The position numbers were made by a program, and so were the translations under genes. The notes under the pieces were generated by a model that made no database searches, was not told the DNA's origin, and saw only the letters and a program-made list of their open reading frames with translations. Positions 1-12,056 of a stretch of 64,000 bases of DNA are shown here, one piece after another. The DNA is taken from positions 481,050 through 545,049 of the forward strand of contig JAAOMT010000591.1 of NCBI GenBank assembly GCA_016748015.1. Direction: 5' to 3'. The DNA is from Geosiphon pyriformis uo1 (taxonomy: Eukaryota; Fungi; Glomeromycota). How positions within the stretch are numbered: position 1 is the first letter of the stretch; every line of letters begins with the position of its first letter.

Positions 1-578
1 GGTCTGGAGAAACGGCTAAGTGGTAAACTTGGTGTTTGTGGTTGAACAAGTGAAATTGGAAATGGTGTAATAGAAAGTGGTAATTTGACACTGGTTTCTT
101 GTTCAGGTGTTTGCAAGTGTTTGGCAGTTGTCTTTTGTAGTGTTGGAGTGTTTGGAGTGGTTCTTGAGTATTGCTTCAATCTTTGTTTGCCTTTATTGCT
201 TGTTTTTGTCTCTGATTCAAAGTCAAAAAAGTATTTAGACTGTACTGGGTATTTTTCTTCACAATGCTTAATAATATTAAAATTAAGTTTTTGAAAGTAG
301 ATAGCAAGTGTTTTACTGTTCAGGTTTTCTGTTCCCAAATGTGAATAATGCACTAAATTATTGTAGAGGTTGCTCCTAACTTCTGAAATGTTGTAGTTTT
401 CAAAAAAATAATTGTTGATACAGTTTTCAATGTATTGGTATACTGATTTCTTTACAACTTCAATTCCGTCTGAAATGTTGAATCTTTGCTTGCAGTGAGT
501 GTAAATTGACTGGTAATACTCTAGAGTTGCTGTGTCTGGTGTGGTTGCCACTTTGAATTTGTTGTTGTTGTGTTATTT

Positions 579-594
579 CCATGGGAGAGCACCA
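579..594 (-). promoter_or_regulatory. Primer-binding site of A2 (TGGTGCTCTCCCATGG); priming tRNA not identified
   Basis: Begins TGG 2 nt after the LTR end (...GGTAACA); complementary to a tRNA 3' end ...GAGCACCA. Confidence 0.75.
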
Positions 595-596
595 AA

Positions 597-1229
597 TGTT
601 ACCGGAGGTTTTTGGTCTCTTTTCTTAAATGTTGGTAATGTTGATTTGCTGTGAATTCACGTTTTCAGAAAGTAGTTGAACCTCCAATAACTGAATTTAT
701 CTTCAAATTATCTNNNNNNNNNNNNNNNNNNNNNNNNNNNNNNNNNNNNNNNNNNNNNNNNNNNNNNNNNNNNNNNNNNNNNNNNNNNNNNNNNNNNNNN
801 NNNNNNNNNNNNNNNNNNNNNNNNNNNNNNNNNNNNNNNNNNNNNNNNNNNNNNNNNNNNNNNNNNNNNNNNNNNNNNNNNNNNNNNNNNNNNNNNNNNN
901 NNNNNNNNNNNNNNNNNNNNNNNNNNNNNNNNNNNNNNNNNNNNNNATACATTTTGATGAACTACAAGTTATTTTGCTGAACTATTCATAATTTCGGCGA
1001 ATTTCTGTAAATTTCGGCGAATTTTTGAATGTTACAAAGTTCAGAGTATTGTGTAATTTGATCATCTTACTTTCTGTTATACTAATTAGATTATTTTAAT
1101 TGAATCGTGATATGTGATAATTGATTAAATAATAAATGATAATTTGAAATGATATTAATATACTAATAAATTATAGGAATTATAAGAGTAGTTTCATGCT
1201 AATATATTGCTAAAATTCTACTGGTAACA
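597..1229 (-). repeat. 5' LTR of A2, interrupted by an assembly gap
   Basis: TGTTACCAG...CCGGTAACA termini; matches LTR 7218-8190. Confidence 0.85.
714..946. other. Assembly gap (233 N)
   Basis: Run of N. Confidence 1.
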
Positions 1230-1370
1230 CCATCCAACCACACCATTTCACCAGCTCAAATTGCCCAAAATGCTAATCTGTCAGATATATTTCCATTTGA
1301 ATTTGAAGCAAATGAATCACCATTTCTGCTTAGTAATGCAGCAGTCAATGAACAGAAAGCAATTACTGCC

Positions 1371-4300
1371 ATGTACACAGAAGCTACAGTGAAAAGAAAA
1401 CCCATTCACTTAATCTTAGATAGTGGATCAGCTGGAAGTATCATTACTTACCAGCTGATGCAACAGTTCAAACGAAATGTAAACAGACCAGCTCAAACAG
1501 TTATTGTCACAGCTGATGGTATGAAGAAGATTCCAGTAGGAGAAATTGATGATTTCTCTTTTTCAATTAATGGAATCACCATTCCAGTTAAAGTTTTTGT
1601 TATGGATGCACTCCAATACCAAGCTCTAGTCAGAAATGATTGGCTTCTCAAGGCCAATGCAAACCTGAACTGGGAAACTCAAGAACTTAAAATCTCATAC
1701 CAAAGACAATATACCATAGTACCTGTAACCTGTGGTACCTTTAACAAATGCTCAGAAAAAGCTCTAGTATTTGAATTTGAAGAGGAGAAAGAAATGCCAC
1801 TTACTGAAACCTACATGGCTCTTGGATCAACATCTAATTGGGCTGAAGAAACCGAACAAAAGATTTTTAAAGAATCAAGGAGATGGAAGAAAGTTAGATA
1901 TTCTACACTAGAATCACGGAAACAACCACCCTATATTCCACTCAAATGCAAAGATTGCAACAAAAAACTTTCATCAATGGAAGCATGTATTTCTCCAGAA
2001 GAGGAATATGAAACTCGTACCTGTTACTTTTGCAAAGCATGCCATAGAAAACAATTTGGATCTCCAAAAAGAAGTGGAAAATGGGACAACACACCTTGTC
2101 TTACATGTGGAAAAATGCTACCAGAAGAATACAATTGGATTGATGTAGCAATGAAAGAAGGAGTATGTGATCAAACCTGTTAATATGCTCTATCAATTTC
2201 GGAAAAAACCAAAAGAGGAACACTATTTGATGCAGCATACAATAGTGCTCTCAATAAACTTTACCACTACCCTCATGATACTGAAATAATTTTTGACCTA
2301 GCAATAGTATTAATCAATGAAGCCACCCAAGAAGATGTCCGCCAAATGAAAGAAGCTGAATATATTGAGTATACCATGGAATTAGCTGGATTTGATTATG
2401 AAGATGAAGTAGAAACCTACCACCAAATTGCAAGCCACACATATTCGACCAAAGAAGCTCAAATTCAATGATTAGAGCAAATAAACATTTAATTGTGTGA
2501 AGAATGTGTTATGCCTTGTGATGACCAATGGTGTTTAGAATGTTATGCTCTTAGCATTCCTCTGCCAGAGGAGAATAATGAAAATGAAATCGAATTTGGA
2601 GTATCTGAACTAGTAGAAGAACTACCAACCACTCCCATCTATCTTCTTGAAAAGCAACCACCTCTACAACTTAAATATTTTGACAACCATGGCCAAGGAA
2701 TCAGACCAGAAAAAGCACACAAAATTGATGCTGGATATGATCTAAGATACTCAGGAAAAGATACTTTGATTCTCCAACCCAAATCTTTGATAAAAATCAA
2801 TCTCAAAATTGCTCTTAAAATTCCGACAGGAGCAATGATTCAAATTGCCTCCAGATCATCATTGGCAAGCAAAGGAATCAATATTAGAAGAGGAGTTATA
2901 GATGCAGGATACACTGGAGACATTATCATCATGTTACAGAATGAGACAGACAAACCATTCAAAATTGAACATGCTGAAAAAATTGCTCAAGCAATTTACT
3001 TATCCTTAATCAACATTTCGAGTTTACAATCAGTAAACAGCAGAGAACAATTGGGAAAGAGTGAAAGAGGAACTCAAGGTTTTGGTTCAACTGGACGATT
3101 TACAGTCCCAGTAAACATAGCTCTTAATACACAAAATGAATCTCACCAGATTCTTCAACTTTCTCAGCCAATTACTATTTCATCTTTTGAAGAACATCAC
3201 GAAATTTACACTTGCTCAAAACCCACCACTACACAACAAATCTTTGAATCCAATGAACAAATCTGTTTGAAACATGAAATATCAATTCCAAACGTTTATA
3301 TTCCCAAAAGAATGAAAAAATTTCGAGTTACATTCTACAACCCCAATAATTATCTTATTGTTTTATTAAACAAATTAAAAATTAGAATCATACACAGCAA
3401 TATCTTTCAAGATGAAAACCCTCAGATTGTCTCTAATTTCATTGAAATTGTAAAGCACACTCTATTCCCAAATCCAAATATCATTCCCACTACTGAAAAC
3501 TATCACTTGTTGGAAGAAAAACTCTCTCGAATCAATATGGGTCCCTTAGAACCTCAACAACAAAGACAATTAAAACAATTGATAGCTGAATTTGCAGATA
3601 TATTTGCAAAAGACAACAATAACTTGGGAAAAACAGACATTGTTGAACATCAGATTCATACAGTAGATGTTCTACCAAGACGTCAACAAGCTTATCGAGT
3701 GCCACCTACCAGCCACCAATTCATTAGAGAAGAGGTCCAAAGAATGCTCAATAATGGATTGATTCAACCATCAAGAAGTCCTTGGGCCTCATCAGTAGTT
3801 TTAGTTAAAAAGAAAAACGGAAAAATCAGATTTTGTGTTAATTATAGACAACTGAATAGTGTTAAAATTGGAGATGCCTACCCTCTTCCAAGAATTGATA
3901 ACATGCTAGATGCTCTAGGAAAAGCCAAGTTCTTTTCAACTTTAGACCTGAAAAGTGGATACTGGCAAGTCGAAATGGACTCAAAAGATAGATCCAAAAC
4001 AGCATTCACCACTTAAGGAAGAAATTATGAGTTTAATGTTATGCCTTTTGGACTCTGCAATGCACCAGCAACATTTCAGCAACTTATGGATGTTGTCTAT
4101 GAAGGGCTCTTGTGGCAATCAGTAGTTGTTTATCTTGATGATACTGATGTATACTCATCAAGCTTTGAAGCCCATTTCATTCACTTGTGAGAAGTTTTTC
4201 AACAATTACGGAAAGCAGAATTAAAGTTAAATATTGAGAAATGTCACTTTGGAAAAACAAGCTTGATTTTTCTTGGACACATAGTTAGTAAAGATGGAAT

Positions 4301-4943
4301 TAAACCAAATCCAGAAACAATCAATGCTGTCAAAAACTTTCAAACTCCCAGAAATACTACAGAACTAAGAGGATTTGTGGGATTAGTCTCTTACTATCAA
4401 AAATTCATAAAAGGATTCTCAGAAATTGCCAAACCACTCAATTATCTTACCAACAAAAACGTACCATACAAATGGACTGAAAAACAACAAAAAGCATTTG
4501 AAATTCTCAAAACAAAATTGACAACAGCCCCAGTTCTTGCTTACCCAGACTTTAACAAACAATTCCAATTAGCCACTGATGCCTTACACATAGCATTTGG
4601 TGCTATCTTATCACAATTGGGTGAAAATAGCCAAGAACAAGTTATTGCCTATGCCAGTACAACACTCAAGCCAACAGAACTCAAATATGGCTCAACTGAA
4701 TTAGAAGCTGCTGCAGTTATTTGGGCTCTTAAACATTTTCAACAATATCTGAAGAATGGAAAAGAATTTGACATAATAACAGACAACATTAGCCTTAAAT
4801 GGCTCAATAAAAAGAAAACTGAACAAAGTGCCAAACAGTCTCGATGGAATGACTTCTTAGCAGACTACAGATATATTGTACACCACAAACCAGAAAAACT
4901 ACATACCAATGTTGATAGCCTCTCAAGAATAAGACAAGATTAG
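1371..4943 (+). pseudogene. pol: A1 pol (aspartic protease, Cys-rich insert, dUTPase, RT, RNase H) with premature stops
   Basis: ORFs 1371-2183, 2493-4016 and 4263-4943 are all in one frame and broken only by stop codons. Confidence 0.9.
2664..3095 (+). CDS. dut: Trimeric dUTPase domain embedded in A1 pol
   Basis: All five dUTPase motifs: DAGYDL, IASRSSLA, GVIDAGYTGDI, KIAQAI, RGTQGFGSTG. Confidence 0.92.
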
Positions 4944-5000
4944 TACCAACAACAATTCCACCACAACTTACCAACTTACCAACAAAATAACTAAACAAGA

Positions 5001-6386
5001 ATGAATCCCAAAAACTACAGCAATCTTAAAAATTATTTGGAGACTCTTATCATGCCAGAAAACTGGTCTCCAAGTGAAAAACACCACTTACAACACCAAT
5101 TAAAACAATATTTCATACACCAGAACAAAATCTATTATAAAAATCATAGAAAACCAAACCAACCACTCAGATTAGTACAAGAAAATAAAAAAGAAACAAT
5201 TTTATACAACATGCACATAGATCCATCTTCAGCACACTTGGAAAAAAAAGGAACAATTCAAAGAACCCTTGAACATTATTTTTGGCCTTACATGCAAAAA
5301 AACATTCAACAATATGTAGAATCTTGTGATAATTGTCAAAGAAGAGGAGAAACTCACCCCACAAAACCTCTAAATCCAATTAAAGTTGAACAACCTTTTG
5401 ACAGAGTTGGAATTGACTTAGTCAGACCATTACCTATCACAACCCAAGGAAATCGTTATATTGCAGTTGCAGTGGATTATCTTACCAAATGGCCTGAAGC
5501 TAGAGCCATCCAAAGAGCAGATGCAAAATCAGTAGCAAATTTCATCTATGAAGACATTATCTGTAGACATGGATGCCCAATTGAACTCTTATCTGATCAA
5601 GGAACACATTTTGTGAACAACCTGATACAAAAAATTTGTGAATGGTTCAATGTCAAAAGACCTCTATCATCACCTTATCACCCTCAAACAAATAGACTTG
5701 TAGAACGTTTCAACAGAACATTGTGTGAATCTCTAGCCAAAGTCTCAACAGACTTTGAGCAGAAATGGGATATCTTTATTCCATTAGTGTTACTAGCATA
5801 CAGAACACTAAAACAAAATACTATGAAACACACACCATTTGATCTTACTTATGGAAGGACAGCAATATTACCAATTAATTTTACAGTGGAAATATACCCA
5901 GTACAACCAATCAATGAAAAAAACTTTTAAGAGACACTCCAAAAAAGAGCTTACACTCTTTTTAATACACTGGAAGGAAAAAGAAGAATAGCAGCAACTC
6001 ATATTGAACATTCCCAAGCTTAACAAAAAGAAAGACATGACAACAAATTACTACCTATTACCAACGAATTTAAAGTTGGAAATAAAGTTCTCTTACACAG
6101 AACTAAGGCTGAAAAACAATGGAGTGGGAAATTTGAAAACAAATGGGATGGACCATTTTATATTCACGAAATTCTAGGCAATGGATCATATAAGTTAAGA
6201 CTTGATGACAAAATATTAGCAAAAGTTGCACATGGAGACAGATTGAAACACTATTATTCCAGAAACAATCCTGAACCATTAATTCCACAAATTGGTACAC
6301 ATTTCTCTTTAATTAATCCTAAAGATATTCTCCGAAATTTAGAACCAATAATTATAATAGAACAACAACCAAACTTGAACACTTAA
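5001..6386 (+). pseudogene. A1 integrase (HHCC zinc finger, DDE core, GPY/F tail, no chromodomain) with its own ATG; internal stops at 5928 and 6021
   Basis: H..H..CDNCQ, VGIDL, SDQGTHF, YHPQTNRLVERFN, KWDGPFYI. Confidence 0.9.
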
Positions 6387-6529
6387 AGCTTACAATAATT
6401 TTCTAATAAAAACACAAAGACAAAAATAGTAAATAATTACAAAACACCCAAACCCAAAAACAAATAAAAACCCCATATCCAAAAAATAATTTTTTTTATT
6501 CTCTCTTTTCATAATTAGTCAATTTTATC

Positions 6530-7237
6530 ATGATTATTCCCCGAAATATTCAACAAATATCCCAAAAATTAATGTTAGCCTTAAAAACACTCCCTGACTT
6601 ATTCATAATAATTAATAGAAGTCAAATTAATTACATTCAGAAAAAAACCACAGCCCCAGTAGCAAATCATTTACAGAATTATCACCCCTATAGAAGAAAA
6701 ACAAGAAGTCACTCTAAGAATAGATTACCAAGACTTTTGAAGCAGGCACTAGAAGAAAATTTTTTAATTGCCCCTATTAACATTTCACCAAATTCTACAA
6801 TACAACAAAAACTACTACTACTTCTTAATGAACAGAACAATGAACACACCCCTATCTATAAATATATTCAAATTGGAAAAACACTTTATGAACGAAAACT
6901 GGAACTTGAAGCAACAAATCTCACTCCTGAAGTTATACACAAACAAATCCACAATGAATTCAAAACAGCAGCTGGACCAACAAACACTCACTACAGACTT
7001 AGAGCCGCTCTTAGACTTTATGACTTGTTCAATACTTGTGAAAATGTTCTACAAAATCCAATACTGCAACCAATGAAAGTCCAATACATTGGCAAACTCA
7101 CAGAACTGAAATTTCAACAATTTTCAGACCAGATTACTTCAATTATTTTAGATCACTATCTTAATATTACAAATAGTGCTTGGACTTCGATGGAGCTTAG
7201 TTTTGAGGAGGAGATTATGTTATCAGTAGAATTTTAG
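6530..7237 (+). CDS. A1 ORF3, intact 235-aa accessory protein of unknown function; runs through the PPT into the LTR
   Basis: Open 235-aa ORF between integrase and the 3' LTR; homologous decayed sequence at about 36870-37540; no evident signal peptide or TM helix. Confidence 0.75.
   Translation: MIIPRNIQQISQKLMLALKTLPDLFIIINRSQINYIQKKTTAPVANHLQNYHPYRRKTRSHSKNRLPRLLKQALEENFLIAPINISPNSTIQQKLLLLLNEQNNEHTPIYKYIQIGKTLYERKLELEATNLTPEVIHKQIHNEFKTAAGPTNTHYRLRAALRLYDLFNTCENVLQNPILQPMKVQYIGKLTELKFQQFSDQITSIILDHYLNITNSAWTSMELSFEEEIMLSVEF
7205..7217 (+). promoter_or_regulatory. Polypurine tract of A1
   Basis: GAGGAGGAGATTA directly before the LTR start TGTTA. Confidence 0.8.
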
Positions 7238-8190
7238 CTATTAATTAGCATAAAAATTACCCTTATAATTCATATAATTCATTAGTATATTAATATCATT
7301 TCAAATTATCATTTATTATTTAATCAATTATCACATATTACGATTCAATTAAAATAATCTAATTAGTATAACAGAAAGTAAGATGATCAAATTACACAAT
7401 ACTCTGAACTTTATAACATTCAAAAATTCGCTGAAATTTACAAAAATTCACCGAAATTATGAATAGTTCATCCAAATTAATGAATAGTTCAGTGAAATAA
7501 CTTGTAGTTCATCAAAATGTATTTTTAGTTTGCCAAAATTTGAGCAAAAAGAAAAAGTGCAAGTTTATAGACTAGTACTACAACAAGTTGTATAAAAGAA
7601 AAGCTTTCTCTTCTGGAAAATATATCTTACTTTAGATTTATTTCTTAAAACTGTTTCTATACACACAAAAAGAAATAAATATCAAATAATTTGAAAAACC
7701 AAATTCTTTAATTATTGTACTTGGAAAAACCCCCAAAAACCCAACTAACATTTCGAAATTGATTAGCTACCAATTTCAGTAAACTGTTAGTGACTCCAGA
7801 CCTGGATAGAAAATGTTTTTCTTGAAAAAATTCTATTTCTTTTACATTTCTTTTATTTTTCCTTTTCTTTTTATATTACAATCATTAGGGTAGCCTACAG
7901 ACAAGATTTTTGTAGAAGAGTTGACTTTCACAGCAAAGTAACTATACATTTTAGTAAGCTTCCAGACGAGCAATTCCTGGGAAAGAGTTGACATTTACTA
8001 CAACATAACTGCATAAAATAACTGACAAGGAATTGGCCATTCCACTTATAAGCCCAGCAGTTCAAATTATAGGAGATAATTTGAAGATAAATTCAGTTAT
8101 TGGAGGTTCAACCACATCTAGAAAACGTGAATTCACAACAAACAGGCATCAACAACATTTAAGAAAAGAGACCAAAAACCTCTGGTAACA
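7218..8190 (+). repeat. 3' LTR of A1 (973 bp)
   Basis: TGTTATCAG...CTGGTAACA inverted termini; homologous to 597-1229 and to the split LTR at 29009-29196 plus 36106-36866. Confidence 0.9.
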
Positions 8191-8493
8191 ACAGATAAAA
8201 CAAAGTGATTATTTGACAAAAGAATATTACAACAATTAGAACATTTTTTGGGAAAGAACAACTTATCCACACAAGCCCGAGCCATATACCGAATACACAC
8301 AGCATTTCAGGATAAACCAGAAATATTGCTCAACAGAGCAATAGATATGGTGACTAGTAATCAATTGGGAAAAATCACCAATGCTCAATTTGAAGAATTA
8401 CAGACCCAAATAACACAAGTAATTCTCGAAAACAAAATCCAGAAATTACTTCAAGAGGGGGAATTATATGAGTTCGACAAAGCTCAATATTAA
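8191..8493 (+). pseudogene. C-terminal part of family C ORF3
   Basis: RAIYRIHTAF...NQLGKITNAQFEELQTQITQVI aligns by eye with A ORF3 RAALRLYDLF...QYIGKLTELKFQQFSDQITSII. Confidence 0.65.
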
Positions 8494-8506
8494 AAGGAGG
8501 GAATAA

Positions 8507-9374
8507 TGTTACTCATAGAAATATAGGAATTATATTAGCATAATTATTAGCCAATCAGAAGTAAGCATAGTAAATGTGGAATTCCAGGATTCCTCTTAGG
8601 AATTATAGGATTCCAGGAATTTCAGGATTCCCGACAAGGAATTACAGGATTCCAGAATTCCAGGATTCCTCTCAAAGGGATCGCAGGATTCCAGGAATTC
8701 CAGGATTCCTGTTGTAAAAAATCAAGGAATTGAGGAATCTCAATTATGTATATATAGCAGTAGTGTTAGAAACAGAAAAGACAGAATTGATACTACAGAA
8801 TCCTTAGCCTAGAAACACAATCATCAAATAAATAATTATTCCATATCTCAACCCACTCTTCATTATCAACACTTCATGTTGATAGTAATTGATACTTAAC
8901 CATGCTGGAACAATAACTCTTGATCACGGCTATTGATGGGATACTAATCTGCAAATTGCCTTGGCTTATTTCTTTTCTTTCTTTATTTTTCTTTTATTTC
9001 TTTTTCTTTATTTTATGTTTCTTTGTTGTTGTATACTAATTGATTAAAAAAATTAAGCGCTGAGTTATTGACGTCAAAGATAGCCTGGTAAAAAACCCAA
9101 AAATAAGGGTAGAATTTTATATATTATCAGATAGCTTACCAGAAGGGCACGACTGCCAAACTAAATCCGGCCACCATGCTGAGAAAAAAATTGGGAAAAC
9201 TCTTGGAAAAATACATCTACTATCAACACTATTGAATCTCTGTCCATTATACAAAGGACTTCATCAAAACCTTCAGATACAACACCTTCAGATCACTATC
9301 AACTGCTATTAGCTTTGAGCACCAAGTTACAGGTTTGTGAGTTAATTCAACAATAGAAATAATCACCTATAACA
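8507..9374 (+). repeat. LTR of family C (868 bp) with an internal GGAATTCCAGGATTCC tandem array at about 8577-8740
   Basis: TG...CA termini after a PPT; family B RT sequence resumes at 9375. Confidence 0.8.
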
Positions 9375-12056
9375 CCATCTATTTAAAGTCTTATCAATCC
9401 AATCGACACAATAATGAGTTTATCAAGAAAGAGATAAACTGGATAAAAGATCTTAGATTCATACAAAAAACCAAGAGCAAATAGGCTTTTTCAGTTGTAG
9501 TGATATCCAAGAAAGGTGGAATCTTATGTTTCTATGTTGACTACTGCCAATTAAATACCATTACTATAAGAGATATGTACCCACTTTCCAAAATTGATGC
9601 AATGCTAAATAAATTCAATGGTGCTGCTTTCTTCTCAACCATTGATTTAACTGCTAGATTTTGACAAGTAGAGATAGATTCAGAAAGCAGAAAAAAAACT
9701 GTCTTTATCACCAAGTATGGCACCTATGAATTCACAGTCATGCCTTTTGGTCTCACCAATGTTCCTCCCACCTTTCAATGCCTAATGAATAAAGTGTTTG
9801 AATCAGTAAAAGAAAACTTTGTTCTGGTTTACTTGGACAACATAATGGTATATTCAAAAACCTGGAATGAACATCTTGAACATTTACAGAAGGTTTTTGA
9901 CCTGCTCAGAAATGCTGGCCTTAAGATCAATCCAATCAAATTTTTCTTTGGATGCCAATCCACCCAATTTTTTGGTCATCTTGTTACAAAAAATAGAATC
10001 TTTCCTGACCCAGCTAAAGTTAAAAAAGTTCAAAACATTAGACAACCAATAAATGTTCCTGAACTATGCTCTTTCCTTGGTTTGGTCTCTTACTATCGCA
10101 AATTTATCAAGGATTTCTCCAAAATTGTCTTTTCTCTCAATTAGCTACTCAAGAAAAATGTCAATTATCACTGGGACACTCATCAACAAAAAGCTTTTGA
10201 ATTTTTGAAGGAAAAACTTGTTACTAAACCAATTCTCAAACAACCTGATCTGAACCAATCTTTTATCCTCCACATTGACGCATCTGGCTATGAATTTGGT
10301 GCTGTCTTTTTACAGAAAGATGAAAATAGCAGAGAACATGTCATAGCATATGCTAGTAGATCCCTCACACCAGCAAAAAAGAACTATTCAGTTACTGAAC
10401 AAAAATGTCTAGCAGTAGTTTGGGCTACCAACTACTGGAATCAATATCTTCTTGGTGCAAAATTCTTAGTGATAACAGATCATCAAGTCTTGGTTTGGCT
10501 GCACAAGAAAAAAAAGCTGGAACACAAAAGAATAACTTGCTGAATACTCCACTTGGATGAATTTGACTATGATATTTAACACTGCAAAAGAGCAAATCAT
10601 CAAAATGCTAACACTCTATCTAGACTTACCATTCAGTAACAGTACAATCTCTCAAACCAAACCAACTTAATTATTAGTAACTTCTTCATAAACAAACACA
10701 ATAATAGACTTGAACAACTACTCTGTCTTAATAGAATTTTTGGGTAAAGGACAATACCCACCTGAATACACTTGACAGCAAAAAGAACATTTGCACAAAC
10801 AATCAAATTTTTATTTGATCTGCCAAAACCAATTATACAAAAGAAACAAAAAAGATTCTGACTGCTCCCAGAGAGTTATCAGATTTGAAAAAAGAGAAAT
10901 TGTAATATATAACATGTACACTGACCCATTAGCTGAACACTTTGGAAAAACAAAGACAATTCAGAAAATTTTAGTTTGCTATTATTGGCCTATCTTGGAA
11001 AAAAACATTGCTGAATATATCAAAACCTGTGACATCTGCCAAAGAAAAGACAAACCCAATTGCAAAGAAGATATTCATCCAATCTCTGTTGGTCAACCAT
11101 TTGACAGAATTGGTATAAATGTTGTTGAATCTTTAACAATCACTTCTGATGGCAACAAATATATTATAACAGCTACCAACTATCTTACAAAGTAAGTAAA
11201 AGCAAGAGCCACTTCAAACCAAACAATAGTCTCAATAGCCAATTTCATTTATAAAGATATCATCTGCTGTCATGGCTGCCCCAAAGAACTTTTATCTAAT
11301 AAAGAAAGAGCTTTTCTCAGTATACTGGTTGAAGAACTGTAGAAAAATAGGAATACGTCATAAACTTTTCTCTTCTTATCACCCCCAAACAAATGGCCTA
11401 GTGGAATGTTTCAATAGAACATTATGTAAAACCCTAGCCAAAACCAGTGAAGAAACAAACTTATGGGACAAAGTACTGCTTTCAGCTTTGTTTGCTTATA
11501 GAACTGTGAATCATGACATAACAAGTTATGAACCTTTTTATCTGCTTTATGAACGCATGGCAACATTACTAATAGAAACTAATATTGAAACAATACCCTT
11601 TAAAAAGATCACAATAAAGAATTACAAAGACATTTTGCAAAGAAGACTTGGTACCATTCTTAACTCCTTGGTAGAAACACGAATAATTGCTTTTGAAAAG
11701 ATAAAACAGTTCCAAGAAAAGCTTAAGAAAAAAAAAACCTATAAAACACTTTCTTTAAGTATTGGTGACTTGGTATTGGAATATTGTTCAAACAGAGACA
11801 ATGTCTATGGTAATAAATTTTCTAGCTAATGGAAAAGACTCTTTATAGTCAACAAAGTTTTGAACAATGGTTCTTATATTCTTCAAGATCAATTCAGAAC
11901 AATCTTCAATGATCATCCTGTTTATGATACACAACTCAAAAAATACTATAAACGACCTGATTGGCTGCCTGTTATGGTAATACTGACTCAAATAATCAGC
12001 AAAAATCAAGTATAAATAAATGCACTATTTCCAAAACAGAGGTATCTTCAATCGAC

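Larger units (their letters stand above)
1..1229 (-). mobile_element. Ty3/Gypsy family A copy A2: 5' LTR, PBS and start of gag-like ORF (runs off the window start); inserted in inverted orientation into copy A1
   Basis: 947-1229 is the reverse complement of 7218-7522 and 597-713 of 8074-8190. The minus strand from about 582 translates as ...KFKVATTPDTATLEYYQSIYTHCKQRF..., a gag N-terminus-like sequence. Confidence 0.85.
1230..8190 (+). mobile_element. Ty3/Gypsy family A copy A1 (3' part): protease, Cys-rich region, dUTPase, RT, RNase H, integrase, ORF3, PPT, 3' LTR
   Basis: Domain order PR-RT-RH-IN. LILDSGSAGS (protease), YPLPRID / LDLKSGYWQ / YLDD (RT), GPF integrase tail, PPT and TG...CA LTR. 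Confidence 0.95.
8191..9374 (+). mobile_element. 3' end of Gypsy family C element (ORF3 C-terminus, PPT, LTR), interrupted by A1
   Basis: ORF ends at 8493; PPT AAAAGGAGGGAATAA; LTR TGTTAC(8507)...ATAACA(9374); related decayed solo LTR at 25702-26528. Confidence 0.8.

Noticed and set aside
714-946. A2 LTR about 320-340 bp shorter than the A1 LTR
   Set aside because: The difference lies almost entirely in the N gap (about 551 nt expected versus 233 N), so it is likely a gap-size error.
2664-3095. dUTPase as a host DUT1 gene or phage remnant
   Set aside because: In frame within pol and present at the same place in copy A3.
6530-7237. ORF3 as a retroviral envelope gene
   Set aside because: Too short; no signal peptide, fusion peptide or TM anchor evident.
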